Assembly: GCA_015068935.1 (NCBI GenBank)
Contig: SVJO01000002.1
Coordinates: 4,943-68,942, forward strand
DNA from: Oscillospiraceae bacterium
GTDB lineage: Bacteria; Bacillota; Clostridia; UBA1381; UBA9506
Length of the DNA stretch: 64,000 nucleotides
Reading direction: 5' to 3'
Shown here piece by piece: positions 37,959 through 47,620 of the stretch. The notes beneath the pieces are model-generated. The model saw only the letters and a list, made by a program, of their open reading frames with translations, made no database searches and was not told the origin of the DNA. Both the position numbers and the translations under genes were made by a program. The first letter of the stretch is position 1. Each line of letters starts with the position of its first letter.

Positions 37959-38754
37959 AAAAAACTCCGTTAAAAGCATGGGGCATATAAACAAAAGTTT
38001 TGTTCTTTCAGATGATGCACCGTTTCATATTAAAGAGGCATATAACTCAGTAAGAACGAACATTATGTTTTCTCTCCCGAATGATGGAAAATGTAAAGTT
38101 TTAATTATAACCAGTCCTTCACCGGGAGAAGGAAAAACAACCACGGCAATCAACATAGCAATAACCCTTGCGCTTGCCGGATCTAAGGTAATTCTTATTG
38201 ATGCAGATATGAGAAAGCCCAGAATCCATACGTATATGGATGTTAAAAACAAAGAAGGATTGTCGGGACTGCTCAGCGGTTATAACACAATAGGCGAGGC
38301 AGTTAATCATTCATCTAAATATTATCTTGATTTCATAACGGCGGGAACTATTCCTCCAAATCCCACAGAGCTTTTATCTTCTGACGGAAGAGAAAAGCTG
38401 ATAGATGAATTAAAGAAACATTATGATTATATAATAATGGATACACCGCCCACTAATATTGTTACAGATGCAGTAACGTTATCAAGAGTGGCAGATGGTG
38501 TAATTATAGTTACAAGACAAAATTTAACAACGCATGATTCAATAGCGAGAACCGTCTCAAATCTACAGTTTGCAGAGGCGAAGATTCTGGGATTTATTTT
38601 AAATGACTCAAGAAAAGGGTCTTATTATAAAAAGAATTATTACAGACGACTTTATGGCTATGGTTATGGCTACGGTTATGGCTATGGTTATGGTTACAGC
38701 TACGGAAGGACAGGAGAAAGAAAACCTATAAAAAATAAAGAAAAGAGTGAATAG
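37945..38754 (+). CDS. CpsD/CapB-family bacterial tyrosine kinase (BY-kinase)
   Basis: Walker A SPSPGEGKTTTAINIA, Walker A' LIDADMRKP, Walker B IIMDTPP, and a C-terminal Tyr cluster YYKKNYYRRLYGYGYGYGYGYGYGYSYG. Confidence 0.9.
   Translation: MRKIKKNSVKSMGHINKSFVLSDDAPFHIKEAYNSVRTNIMFSLPNDGKCKVLIITSPSPGEGKTTTAINIAITLALAGSKVILIDADMRKPRIHTYMDVKNKEGLSGLLSGYNTIGEAVNHSSKYYLDFITAGTIPPNPTELLSSDGREKLIDELKKHYDYIIMDTPPTNIVTDAVTLSRVADGVIIVTRQNLTTHDSIARTVSNLQFAEAKILGFILNDSRKGSYYKKNYYRRLYGYGYGYGYGYGYGYSYGRTGERKPIKNKEKSE
38653..38706 (+). repeat. In-frame (TAY-GGN)9 microsatellite-like repeat encoding the (YG)n tyrosine cluster
   Basis: tat ggc tat ggt tat ggc tac ggt tat ggc tat ggt tat ggt tac agc tac gga. 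Confidence 0.9.
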
Positions 38755-40627
38755 AGTGCTTAGTATTTTATCTAAAATAAAAGCGCCTCTATTGCTGCTT
38801 GGCGATTCATTAATATTGATTAGCACATATCTTTCCTCTTATTATTTTGCCGGGGCATTTGAAGCAGTAAGATTTATTACCAATGCAAGCATAGCAATAG
38901 TGGTTTTCCTTTTGGTGATGTTTTTATACGGGGTATATAATCATATTATAAGATTTTCGAGTGTAAGAGAGTATTTAATATGTCTGGCGGCATCATTTAC
39001 ATCATGTATTATAATGATTTTGATATCTATATTTGCAAAGCCTTATGTGTTAAGTATAAAACACCATGTTATTGCAGGAATTATGTCATCAATGCTGTTT
39101 GTGACGTTGAGAGTTGCAATCAGACAGTATATGGGAACCAGTGGATATACAATTTTCCGCAGCCCGAGTAAAACAGGTGTAAAAAAAGTTTTGGTAATCG
39201 GTGCCGGAAATGCAGGCTCAATGGTTATAAAAGATGTATTAAAGTCATATTATGATGTTTACAATATTGTTGGAATTATAGATGATGATAAGACCAAAAT
39301 TGGCTGTACATTATGCGGGATTAAGGTTCTTGGAAGCAGAAAAGATATTAATTCTGTATGTGTTGAAAAAAGGATAGATCTGATTTTGTTCTGCATACCC
39401 TCGTTAGAGGGAGAAGACAAGAAAGAGATTCTTGATATTTGTTATAATACTGGTGTTAAAATTAAGGTTTTACCGGGCATAAACGATTTAATTATTGGAA
39501 AAGGAATGGTTAGGAGCCTGCGTGATATGGACGCGACTGACCTTATGCCAAGAGACCCCGTAGTGCTTGATGATGCCGCAATAAAGGAATACATATCAGG
39601 AAAGGTTGTTTTAGTAACCGGCGGAGGTGGCTCGATAGGAAGTGAGCTTTGCCGACAAATAGCGAAATTTTCTCCAAGGCATTTGATAGTTCTGGATATT
39701 TATGAGAATAATGCTTATGATATAGAATATGAACTTAATACATATTTTCCGGATTTAGAAAAATCAATTATTATTGCAAGTGTCAGGGACAGAAACCGTT
39801 TAGAGGAAGTATTTGAAAAATACAGGCCTCAGATTGTTTTTCATGCAGCTGCACATAAACATGTTCCACTAATGGAAACTAACTCGGTTGAGGCTGTAAA
39901 AAATAATATTCTGGGAACTTTGAATGTAGCAGAGTGTGCCGATAAATTTTCGGCGGACAAGTTCATACTTATATCAACAGATAAAGCTGTTAACCCGACA
40001 AATATTATGGGCGCTACAAAACGAATTTGTGAGATGATAATTCAAAGTCTGAATGAAAAAAGCAAAACAGATTTTGTTGCAGTAAGATTTGGAAATGTGC
40101 TTGGAAGCAATGGGTCTGTTATTCCTCTGTTTAAAAAACAAATAGAACATGGCGGCCCAATTACTGTAACTCATAAAGAAATTACAAGATTCTTTATGAC
40201 TATTCCTGAGGCGGCGCAGCTTGTTCTTCAGGCAGGGACGTATGCCGCGGGAGGAGAAATATTTGTTCTCGATATGGGAAGTCCTGTTAAAATATATGAT
40301 TTGGCAGTTAACATGATTAAACTGTCGGGCCTTGTTCCTGAAAGGGATATTGAAATTAAAATTTCAGGACTCAGACCGGGAGAAAAACTGTATGAGGAAT
40401 TGCTCATGTCTGAGGAAGGGCTGATGAGCACAAAAAATAAAAAAATTTTTATTGCACATCCTATGCATATAGATTATGATGAGCTCATAATTAAAATAAA
40501 CCAATTGCTTGAGAAGGCAGTTAACGCAAAGGATGATGGGAAGCTTTTAAAATCGACAATCAGGGAGCTTGTTCCGACTTATCTTTCTCCTGATGAATAT
40601 AATTCGATGAGAAAGAATGAAAATTAA
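38747..40627 (+). CDS. Membrane-bound polysaccharide biosynthesis protein CapD/PglF-like (NDP-sugar 4,6-dehydratase)
   Basis: Four N-terminal TM helices, Rossmann VLVIGAGNAG and VLVTGGGGSIGSEL, the FHAAAHKHVP segment containing the SDR YxxxK-equivalent catalytic region, 626 aa. Confidence 0.88.
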   Translation: MNRVLSILSKIKAPLLLLGDSLILISTYLSSYYFAGAFEAVRFITNASIAIVVFLLVMFLYGVYNHIIRFSSVREYLICLAASFTSCIIMILISIFAKPYVLSIKHHVIAGIMSSMLFVTLRVAIRQYMGTSGYTIFRSPSKTGVKKVLVIGAGNAGSMVIKDVLKSYYDVYNIVGIIDDDKTKIGCTLCGIKVLGSRKDINSVCVEKRIDLILFCIPSLEGEDKKEILDICYNTGVKIKVLPGINDLIIGKGMVRSLRDMDATDLMPRDPVVLDDAAIKEYISGKVVLVTGGGGSIGSELCRQIAKFSPRHLIVLDIYENNAYDIEYELNTYFPDLEKSIIIASVRDRNRLEEVFEKYRPQIVFHAAAHKHVPLMETNSVEAVKNNILGTLNVAECADKFSADKFILISTDKAVNPTNIMGATKRICEMIIQSLNEKSKTDFVAVRFGNVLGSNGSVIPLFKKQIEHGGPITVTHKEITRFFMTIPEAAQLVLQAGTYAAGGEIFVLDMGSPVKIYDLAVNMIKLSGLVPERDIEIKISGLRPGEKLYEELLMSEEGLMSTKNKKIFIAHPMHIDYDELIIKINQLLEKAVNAKDDGKLLKSTIRELVPTYLSPDEYNSMRKNEN

Positions 40628-40646
40628 TAAAAAAGGAAGTGCTGAA

Positions 40647-42152
40647 ATGAAAAAAATAATTAGTGTAATTATTACGGTAGTAATGTTGATGTCATGCCTT
40701 ACATTCACTCCTGCAAGCGCAGCGGAGGTAAATCTTGACATGGAATCTGTAGAGTCAGTATTTGAATTTATAGATGATTCACTGTCCGACTCTGCAATAG
40801 AGCGCATTGATGCATATAACATTTTTGCAACATATCTTAAGACAAATATGGGTATAGATACGCTTATAGGAGTTCTTGATGAAACGATTGTATCGGTTCC
40901 TGGCGATTTGGCTCAGGCACTCGGAAGTGCTAACCTTGTTTCAAAGAAAGAAGAGCTTAAATTTGTTCTTAATTTGATTAAGGCTCTTCCTGAAGAAAGA
41001 AGAGAGGATGGCATTGAAGAGTTTCAGGCAATTAGACAGAGAACAGAGGATAATGGGGGAGTAGAAGAACATTTTATTACATCTCAGGACGCATTAAACG
41101 AGTTTTATGAACTTCTCGTAAGTCAGAACGGCAGAGATAAGCTCGCAGTTCACAATGTAGGACCTAATGCCATTGTTTCTCTTCTTGAAAAATTCAGACA
41201 ACATGTTATGCTTACAGATGATGAAGTAGGAGGCAACAACTTTGCCCTTAAAGCTATTTATGAAGAATATGATTCTTCCGTATTTGAATACATTGATACA
41301 TTTAACGGTGAGTCAGTAGATGGAGCAGAGGAAATATTTGAAGCAGTAATAGAAACGGCAAACAGCTATTATAGTGCAGAGCAGAAGGAAAGCATTAAGG
41401 CTGTTTTTGGTGAGATAGGAATTTATACTCCTCTTACAGAGGATGTCCCCACAGCCACACCAAAACCGGATGAAGACGATAAAAAACCATCAGGCAATAT
41501 AGTGCCGGGAATCATTATTACGCCTACAGAATCGCAGAGTCCTGAAGATGACGAAGAGCTGGTAGAGGTTGGGGAGGCTCTGAAAATTGCACCGCCTGAA
41601 GGAGCGGACACTACATTTGAAGATGTAACAAATCACTGGGCTAAAGACTACATTGTATACCTGGAAAAAGAAGGAATAATAAAGGGATACGATACAGGTA
41701 AATTTGAGCCCGATTGGGGAATTACGAGAGAAGAACTTGCTGTTGTAATGATAAGAGCTCTGAAACTTGAGAGCAAGCTTGGAACAGTAGCTCTCTCAAA
41801 CTATCTTGATGTGGCAGAAATTTCTGAATGGGCACGTGAATCTGTAGCTCTTACAACTAAACTTGGAATTTATGAAGGATATGACGATGGATATTATAGA
41901 CCTAAGAGGATTATATCAAGAGAAGAGCTCTGTGCAATTTTAATCAGGTCTATGGAAATGAGCGGAAACAAGGTGGTTCTTAACTATAATGACAGAACAC
42001 AATTCCCTGACTGGTCAACACCTTACATCGGCAAAGCAACATATCATGGTATCGTTTCAGGCTATCCGGATGGAGAATTTAAACCGGCACAGAACGTAAC
42101 GAGAGCAGAAGCATGTAAGATGATTTATAACTACATGCAGTGTATCTATTAA
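40647..42152 (+). CDS. Secreted SLH-domain cell-surface protein (unknown N-terminal domain + 3 SLH)
   Basis: Signal peptide ending ASAAE, Pro/Asp-rich linker (TATPKPDEDDKKPSG), and three SLH repeats starting FEDVTNHWAKDYIVYLEKEGIIKGY. Start moved to ATG 40647 (AAGGAAG RBS). Confidence 0.85.
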   Translation: MKKIISVIITVVMLMSCLTFTPASAAEVNLDMESVESVFEFIDDSLSDSAIERIDAYNIFATYLKTNMGIDTLIGVLDETIVSVPGDLAQALGSANLVSKKEELKFVLNLIKALPEERREDGIEEFQAIRQRTEDNGGVEEHFITSQDALNEFYELLVSQNGRDKLAVHNVGPNAIVSLLEKFRQHVMLTDDEVGGNNFALKAIYEEYDSSVFEYIDTFNGESVDGAEEIFEAVIETANSYYSAEQKESIKAVFGEIGIYTPLTEDVPTATPKPDEDDKKPSGNIVPGIIITPTESQSPEDDEELVEVGEALKIAPPEGADTTFEDVTNHWAKDYIVYLEKEGIIKGYDTGKFEPDWGITREELAVVMIRALKLESKLGTVALSNYLDVAEISEWARESVALTTKLGIYEGYDDGYYRPKRIISREELCAILIRSMEMSGNKVVLNYNDRTQFPDWSTPYIGKATYHGIVSGYPDGEFKPAQNVTRAEACKMIYNYMQCIY

Positions 42153-42176
42153 TCAAAAAAGTATTTAATCATAAAA

Positions 42177-42198
42177 GCGGACAGGAAAACCTGTCCGC
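42177..42198 (+). terminator. Hairpin after first SLH gene
   Basis: GCGGACAGG aaaa CCTGTCCGC; only a weak T tract follows. Confidence 0.5.
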
Positions 42199-42278
42199 TT
42201 ACCCATTTTAATATATGTAAGGAAAAATTTATTAACACAGTAAATAATTAAAAAATGTTTAAGCAAGGAGGAAGAAAA

Positions 42279-43880
42279 ATGAAAAAAAGAATCGTTGCAC
42301 TTTTAATAACACTGTTTGTTGTTATATCGTCAGTGATGCCCGTTTGTGCTGCGCAAACAAAAAATTTAAATTCCTTTTTTGAAAAACTGCAACAAATCAG
42401 TACCGAAGAAAGAGAATCGTATATTACTCTTTTGACACCTATGTTAATGGTAGATAGCGGAATAGACGATTTGGTTAAGAATATAAAAAATTACCAGCCG
42501 GGGAAAACAGACAATTTCATGAGCGAATACATAGGAGAACTTTTAAAATATACTGAAAAAGATATTCTCATTAATTTACTGGAGTCTGTTAAAGTAACAA
42601 ATGTAACTGCGCGAAGAGGTTTTCTCGAAGCACTCAGGTATAAAAAACCAATAACAATTTCAGCTCAGACTAAAACTGCTGTTGTTACTTTGCTGGCAGG
42701 CATATATAGTGAAGCTCCGTCTTTAGAAACTCTTTTAACAGAGGGCGGATACAGCGAAGAGATAGTGGCAAATCTTATTAAATGTGTGGTTGAAATTAAT
42801 GGCAATGAGGCTTTGTATGTTTTTGACGGAAATGCTTTTGGGGCGGGAGACATATATCCCGAACTTGAAAATAATATAAAAAACATATGGTCAGGATATG
42901 TTATTACTGAAAAAGGTATAGAGAAAACAGATGATGATGTTTCAGGTACGGAGGTTTCTTTAAGCAAAGCACTTAGAAGTTCTGCTGAAACTCTCAACTC
43001 ATATGTTGCCCCCGTAAAGAGAAAATTAATAGCAGATGGGCTGTCTCAGATAGGGCTTGTGAAAATAGTTGATAATATAAACCCCGATTCACCAGATGGA
43101 CAGGGTGGAACAAACAACCAGACACCTGAACAGCTTATGCCAGATAAGGAAGTTACCGTTACATTAAAAGACGGAGAGACAAAGACAGTTGTCTTTGAAA
43201 CGGAAATGAAGAGACCGATTCTTTACAAAAAGGACGGAGAAAAACTTACACTCATTAAGTATTCTGCCGTTTCTGACGGAAAACTGATTGCCAAGGTGAC
43301 GGAAAGCGGAATATACCTCATCAGAGAATTGCCTCAAATTTTTAGTGACTGTGACGGTTGGGCAAAGAATTATATAGAAATGCTTGCGTCAAGAGGAATA
43401 ATTAACGGCAAGGCAGAAAAATTATATATGCCAGGGGACACAATAACACGAGAGGAATTTGTAAAACTTGTTGTTGAGCTTTTAGATATAAGTAAATCCG
43501 ACGGAGAATCTGTTTTTGATGATGTACACAAGGATACATGGTATGCAAGCTATGTTAATACAGCATATGAAAATAATATAATCAACGGAATAAGCAAAAC
43601 GCAGTTTGGAGTAGGCATGCCGATTAAACGTCAGGACATGGCTAAAATCATAAATACAGTTCTCAAAACAAAGGGAATTGAATCCGCCCCTGCCGAGGAG
43701 ACGGTTTTTGTTGACCATAAAGATATATCAGAATATGCTAAAGAGCATGTGCTTTCCATTTATAATTTGGGAATAATATCAGGCGATGAAAATAAAAACT
43801 TTAATCCAAACAGCTTTGCAACCAGAGCAGAGGCGGCAAAGATGGTTTACGGAATGTTGGTACAGCTTATTATAAACTAA
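42279..43880 (+). CDS. Secreted SLH-domain cell-surface protein, paralogous architecture to the preceding gene
   Basis: Signal peptide ending VCAAQ, helical N-terminal domain, Gly/Asn/Pro linker, and three SLH repeats (FSDCDGWAKNYIEMLASRGIINGK...). Start at ATG 42279 (GGAGGAAG RBS). Confidence 0.85.
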   Translation: MKKRIVALLITLFVVISSVMPVCAAQTKNLNSFFEKLQQISTEERESYITLLTPMLMVDSGIDDLVKNIKNYQPGKTDNFMSEYIGELLKYTEKDILINLLESVKVTNVTARRGFLEALRYKKPITISAQTKTAVVTLLAGIYSEAPSLETLLTEGGYSEEIVANLIKCVVEINGNEALYVFDGNAFGAGDIYPELENNIKNIWSGYVITEKGIEKTDDDVSGTEVSLSKALRSSAETLNSYVAPVKRKLIADGLSQIGLVKIVDNINPDSPDGQGGTNNQTPEQLMPDKEVTVTLKDGETKTVVFETEMKRPILYKKDGEKLTLIKYSAVSDGKLIAKVTESGIYLIRELPQIFSDCDGWAKNYIEMLASRGIINGKAEKLYMPGDTITREEFVKLVVELLDISKSDGESVFDDVHKDTWYASYVNTAYENNIINGISKTQFGVGMPIKRQDMAKIINTVLKTKGIESAPAEETVFVDHKDISEYAKEHVLSIYNLGIISGDENKNFNPNSFATRAEAAKMVYGMLVQLIIN

Positions 43881-43885
43881 TAAAA

Positions 43886-43920
43886 ATCAACACAAGGTAT
43901 GGATAGTGCCTTGTGTTGAT
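43886..43920 (+). terminator. Hairpin after second SLH gene
   Basis: ATCAACACAAGG ... CCTTGTGTTGAT 12-bp stem. Confidence 0.55.
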
Positions 43921-43960
43921 TTAATATACTTTAACTATAAAGCAGAAAAAGAGGAGAAAA

Positions 43961-46120
43961 ATGGACAATATATCACTTATTATAAAAGATGAATTCAGTT
44001 TGACTGACAGCCAGACCAAAAACACAATTGCTTTAATGGATGAGGGCAACACAATTCCTTTTATTGCAAGATACAGAAAGGAAAAAACAGGCTCTCTTGA
44101 TGACCAGGTTCTGCGCAGGATTTATGACAGGCTTACATATTTGCGAAATCTTGAGGAAAAGCGCAAAGAAATAATACGATTGATAGATGAGCAGGGGAAA
44201 CTTACGGAAGATATTGAAAAGAGCATTACAGAGGCAAAAACACTTACTGAAATTGAAGATATCTACAGACCGTTCAGGCCTAAAAGAAGAACAAGAGCAA
44301 CAATTGCTAAGGAAAAGGGGCTTGAGCCCCTTTCTGATGTCATAATGGAGCAGAAACTCACATCAGAAGAGTTTTTGCGTGAGGCAGAAAAATTTATAAA
44401 CGCAGAAAAGGGTGTAGAAAACATCTACGATGCAATTGCCGGAGCAAAAGATATTATTGCGGAGCAAATTTCTGATGATGCTGAAATAAGGAAACAAATA
44501 AGGGAAATTACAATAAGAACCGGAATAATTGTATCAAAAGCATCAAAAGAGGAAGATAGTGTATATAGCCAGTATTATGATTTTTCTGAGCCAGTTGCTA
44601 AAATTGCAAATCATAGAATTCTTGCCATTAACAGAGGAGAGAAGGAAGATTTTCTTAAAGTGTCAATAGAGACTGACGACGAGAAGATTTTGGGTATTAT
44701 CCAAAGCAGTATTATCAGCAATCAGAAAAGTGATATGTGTATATACATAAAAGAGGCAGCCGAAGATTCACTTAAAAGATTAATATCGCCCTCAATAGAA
44801 AATGAAGTAAGAGCATATCTTACGGAAACGGCAGGGGAAGCAGCAATTAAACTATTTGGCGTAAATCTTCATAATCTTCTCTTGCAGCCTCCTATCAGAG
44901 GAAAGGTTGTTTTAGGTTTAGACCCTGCATACAGAACAGGGTGCAAAATAGCAGTTGTAGATGATACGGGTAAGGTCCTTTTTACAACGGTGATTTTCTG
45001 TACAATGGAGCATCACGATAAGGAAAAGGCAAAAGAGACCATTCTTAAAATTATTGAAAAATATAAAGTAGATGTTATAGCTATCGGAAATGGAACAGCA
45101 ACAAAAGAATCAGAGATATTTATTGCTGATGTAATAAAGGAATCGCCTCATAAAACCGTTTATGCGATAGTTAATGAATCAGGGGCATCTGTCTACTCAG
45201 CATCCAAGCTCGGAGCGGAAGAATTTCCTGATTTTGATGTTACCCAAAGAAGTGCGGTATCTATAGCAAGACGTCTTCAGGACCCTTTGGCAGAGCTTGT
45301 AAAAATTGAGCCTAAATCAATAGGGGTAGGTCAGTATCAGCATGACATGAATCAGAAAAGGCTGTCTGAGGCTTTAGGCGGAGTGGTAGAGGATTGTGTA
45401 AACAGTGTTGGAGTTGATTTAAATACGGCATCAGCGCCTCTCCTTTCATATATTGCGGGAATAAACTCCTCGATAGCAAAAAACATTGTTGCATACCGTG
45501 AGGAAAACGGAAGCTTTAAAAACAGAAAACAACTTCTTAAGGTTCCGAAATTAGGGAACAAAGCATTTGAGCAATGCGCAGGGTTTTTACGTATTCCGGG
45601 AGGAGAAAATCCGCTTGACAATACATCAGTTCACCCCGAGTCTTATGAGCAGACGAAACAACTTATAGAAAAAATAGGATTTTCGCTTGATGATATAGCT
45701 TCAGGCAAAGAGGCTTTGATTCCGGCTATGAAAAATGCTGACATTTTAGCGCTTTCAAAAGAAATAGGCCTTGGAGTACCGACCTTAAAAGATGCAATAG
45801 AAGCAATATCAAAGCCAGGAAGGGACCCTCGTGAAGATTTGACTCCCCCGGTGCTGAAAGGAGAGTTGCTCTCCATAGAAAATCTTTCTGTAGGGATGGT
45901 TTTAAAGGGGACAGTCAGAAATGTAATAGATTTTGGTGCTTTTGTGGATATCGGTGTGCATCAGGACGGCTTAGTTCACATCTCTCAAATTTCAGATAAA
46001 TACATAAAGCATCCAATGGAAGCGCTTTCTGTAGGAGATGTTGTAGATGTTAAAATAATTGCACTTGATATTGCAAAAAACAGAATTTCACTCAGCATAA
46101 GGGAAGCGATTAAGAAGTAA
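43961..46120 (+). CDS. tex: Tex-family transcription accessory protein (YqgF/HhH/S1 domains)
   Basis: 719 aa. NTIPFIARYRKE, RuvC-like GLDPAYRTGCK, HhH region, C-terminal S1 domain GTVRNVIDFGAFVDIG. Confidence 0.93.
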   Translation: MDNISLIIKDEFSLTDSQTKNTIALMDEGNTIPFIARYRKEKTGSLDDQVLRRIYDRLTYLRNLEEKRKEIIRLIDEQGKLTEDIEKSITEAKTLTEIEDIYRPFRPKRRTRATIAKEKGLEPLSDVIMEQKLTSEEFLREAEKFINAEKGVENIYDAIAGAKDIIAEQISDDAEIRKQIREITIRTGIIVSKASKEEDSVYSQYYDFSEPVAKIANHRILAINRGEKEDFLKVSIETDDEKILGIIQSSIISNQKSDMCIYIKEAAEDSLKRLISPSIENEVRAYLTETAGEAAIKLFGVNLHNLLLQPPIRGKVVLGLDPAYRTGCKIAVVDDTGKVLFTTVIFCTMEHHDKEKAKETILKIIEKYKVDVIAIGNGTATKESEIFIADVIKESPHKTVYAIVNESGASVYSASKLGAEEFPDFDVTQRSAVSIARRLQDPLAELVKIEPKSIGVGQYQHDMNQKRLSEALGGVVEDCVNSVGVDLNTASAPLLSYIAGINSSIAKNIVAYREENGSFKNRKQLLKVPKLGNKAFEQCAGFLRIPGGENPLDNTSVHPESYEQTKQLIEKIGFSLDDIASGKEALIPAMKNADILALSKEIGLGVPTLKDAIEAISKPGRDPREDLTPPVLKGELLSIENLSVGMVLKGTVRNVIDFGAFVDIGVHQDGLVHISQISDKYIKHPMEALSVGDVVDVKIIALDIAKNRISLSIREAIKK

Positions 46121-46283
46121 AACTACACAAAAAAATCTGTAAAAAATGGGTGTTTTTTTCTGCCATGAGAATGTTTATGCAAAGTTACTAAAAAAATTTT
46201 TTTATTTTTGTTGAAAAAGAGACTAACAATCAGGCAATTTTTATGTTATCATGTATAGTAGCTAATTTAAGGAGGAAAATAAA

Positions 46284-47399
46284 ATGTCAAGTCTTAATTT
46301 AAAAGGCATATATAAAAAATATGCCGGCGGCGTTACAGCTGTTAGTGACTTTAATTTGGACATCGCGGACAAAGAGTTCATCGTATTGGTTGGACCTTCA
46401 GGATGCGGTAAATCAACAACACTCAGAATGATTGCAGGTCTTGAGGATATTTCAGAGGGTGAACTCTATATTGACGATAAAATCGTAAACGAAGTAGCTC
46501 CTAAAGACAGAGATATAGCAATGGTTTTCCAGAACTATGCTCTTTATCCACATATGTCAGTTTTCGACAATATGGCTTTTGGTCTTAAGCTCAAAAAGAT
46601 GCCTAAGGCTGAAATTAAAAAACGTGTTGAGGAGGCTGCAAGAATTCTTGATATCGCTCATCTCTTAGACAGAAAGCCAAAGGCTTTATCAGGAGGTCAG
46701 AGACAGAGGGTTGCTTTAGGACGTGCTATTGTTCGTGAACCTAAGGTTTTCTTAATGGACGAACCGCTTTCTAACCTCGATGCTAAATTAAGAGGTCAGA
46801 TGAGAGCAGAAATCAGCAGACTTCATAAGAAACTTGCTACAACATTTATCTACGTTACACATGACCAGGTAGAAGCTATGACAATGGGTTCAAGAATCGT
46901 TGTTATGAAAGATGGTTTTATCCAGCAGATTGATTCTCCCCAGACTCTCTATGACTGCCCTGTTAACATGTTTGTTGCAGGCTTTATAGGAAGCCCCCCG
47001 ATGAACTTTATTGATGCTGAGGTTGTTAAGGGCGGAACATTTGGATACAGTGTAAAGGTTGGAGATAACATTTTAGAGCTTCCTGAAGACCAGATTAAGA
47101 AGTTCAATGCTGAAGAATATGTTGGCAAGAAGGTTGTTATGGGTATCAGACCTGAAGACATTCATGACCATCCAAAGGCTCTTGATGTAACACCGAATTG
47201 CGAGCTTAAAGTTGATGTTGAAATTGCTGAGCGTATGGGTGCTGAAACACACCTCCATGTAAAGGTTGACGGCACAATATTCGTAGCAAAAGTTTCATCA
47301 AAGAACCCGTCTAAACAGGGAGATAGCGTTGTTCTCTATGTAAACGGCAACAAGATTCACTTGTTTGACAAGGAAACTGAACTTGCAATCTTAAACTAA
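46284..47399 (+). CDS. Sugar ABC transporter ATP-binding protein (MsmX/MalK/UgpC type)
   Basis: Walker A GPSGCGKST, signature LSGGQRQR, Walker B FLMDEPLS, and a C-terminal TOBE-like domain. No cognate permease is adjacent. Confidence 0.9.
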   Translation: MSSLNLKGIYKKYAGGVTAVSDFNLDIADKEFIVLVGPSGCGKSTTLRMIAGLEDISEGELYIDDKIVNEVAPKDRDIAMVFQNYALYPHMSVFDNMAFGLKLKKMPKAEIKKRVEEAARILDIAHLLDRKPKALSGGQRQRVALGRAIVREPKVFLMDEPLSNLDAKLRGQMRAEISRLHKKLATTFIYVTHDQVEAMTMGSRIVVMKDGFIQQIDSPQTLYDCPVNMFVAGFIGSPPMNFIDAEVVKGGTFGYSVKVGDNILELPEDQIKKFNAEEYVGKKVVMGIRPEDIHDHPKALDVTPNCELKVDVEIAERMGAETHLHVKVDGTIFVAKVSSKNPSKQGDSVVLYVNGNKIHLFDKETELAILN

Positions 47400-47412
47400 T
47401 TATTTAAATCTT

Positions 47413-47444
47413 ACGGCACAGCTGTTTTGCTGTGCCGTTTTTTT
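47413..47444 (+). terminator. Intrinsic terminator of the ABC ATPase gene
   Basis: ACGGCACAGC tgttt TGCTGTGCCGT followed by T7. Confidence 0.8.
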
Positions 47445-47620
47445 ATATGTTATTAAATTGCCTGATATCTATCCTCGCGGTTTTGCTAAACAGTAGTAGT
47501 TGTTCATGTGGTACATTCTGATACCTATTCACTTTATTTTGAAGTCTCTCAAATAAAAAATATATACAAAACTGTGTTTTCGTGGTATACTATAAACATA
47601 AACTTTTTAAGGAGTTTTCT

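Noticed and set aside
38653-38706. Tandem 6-nt repeat as a possible CRISPR, minisatellite or non-coding repeat
   Set aside because: It is in frame inside the BY-kinase gene and encodes the expected C-terminal tyrosine cluster. It has no spacers.
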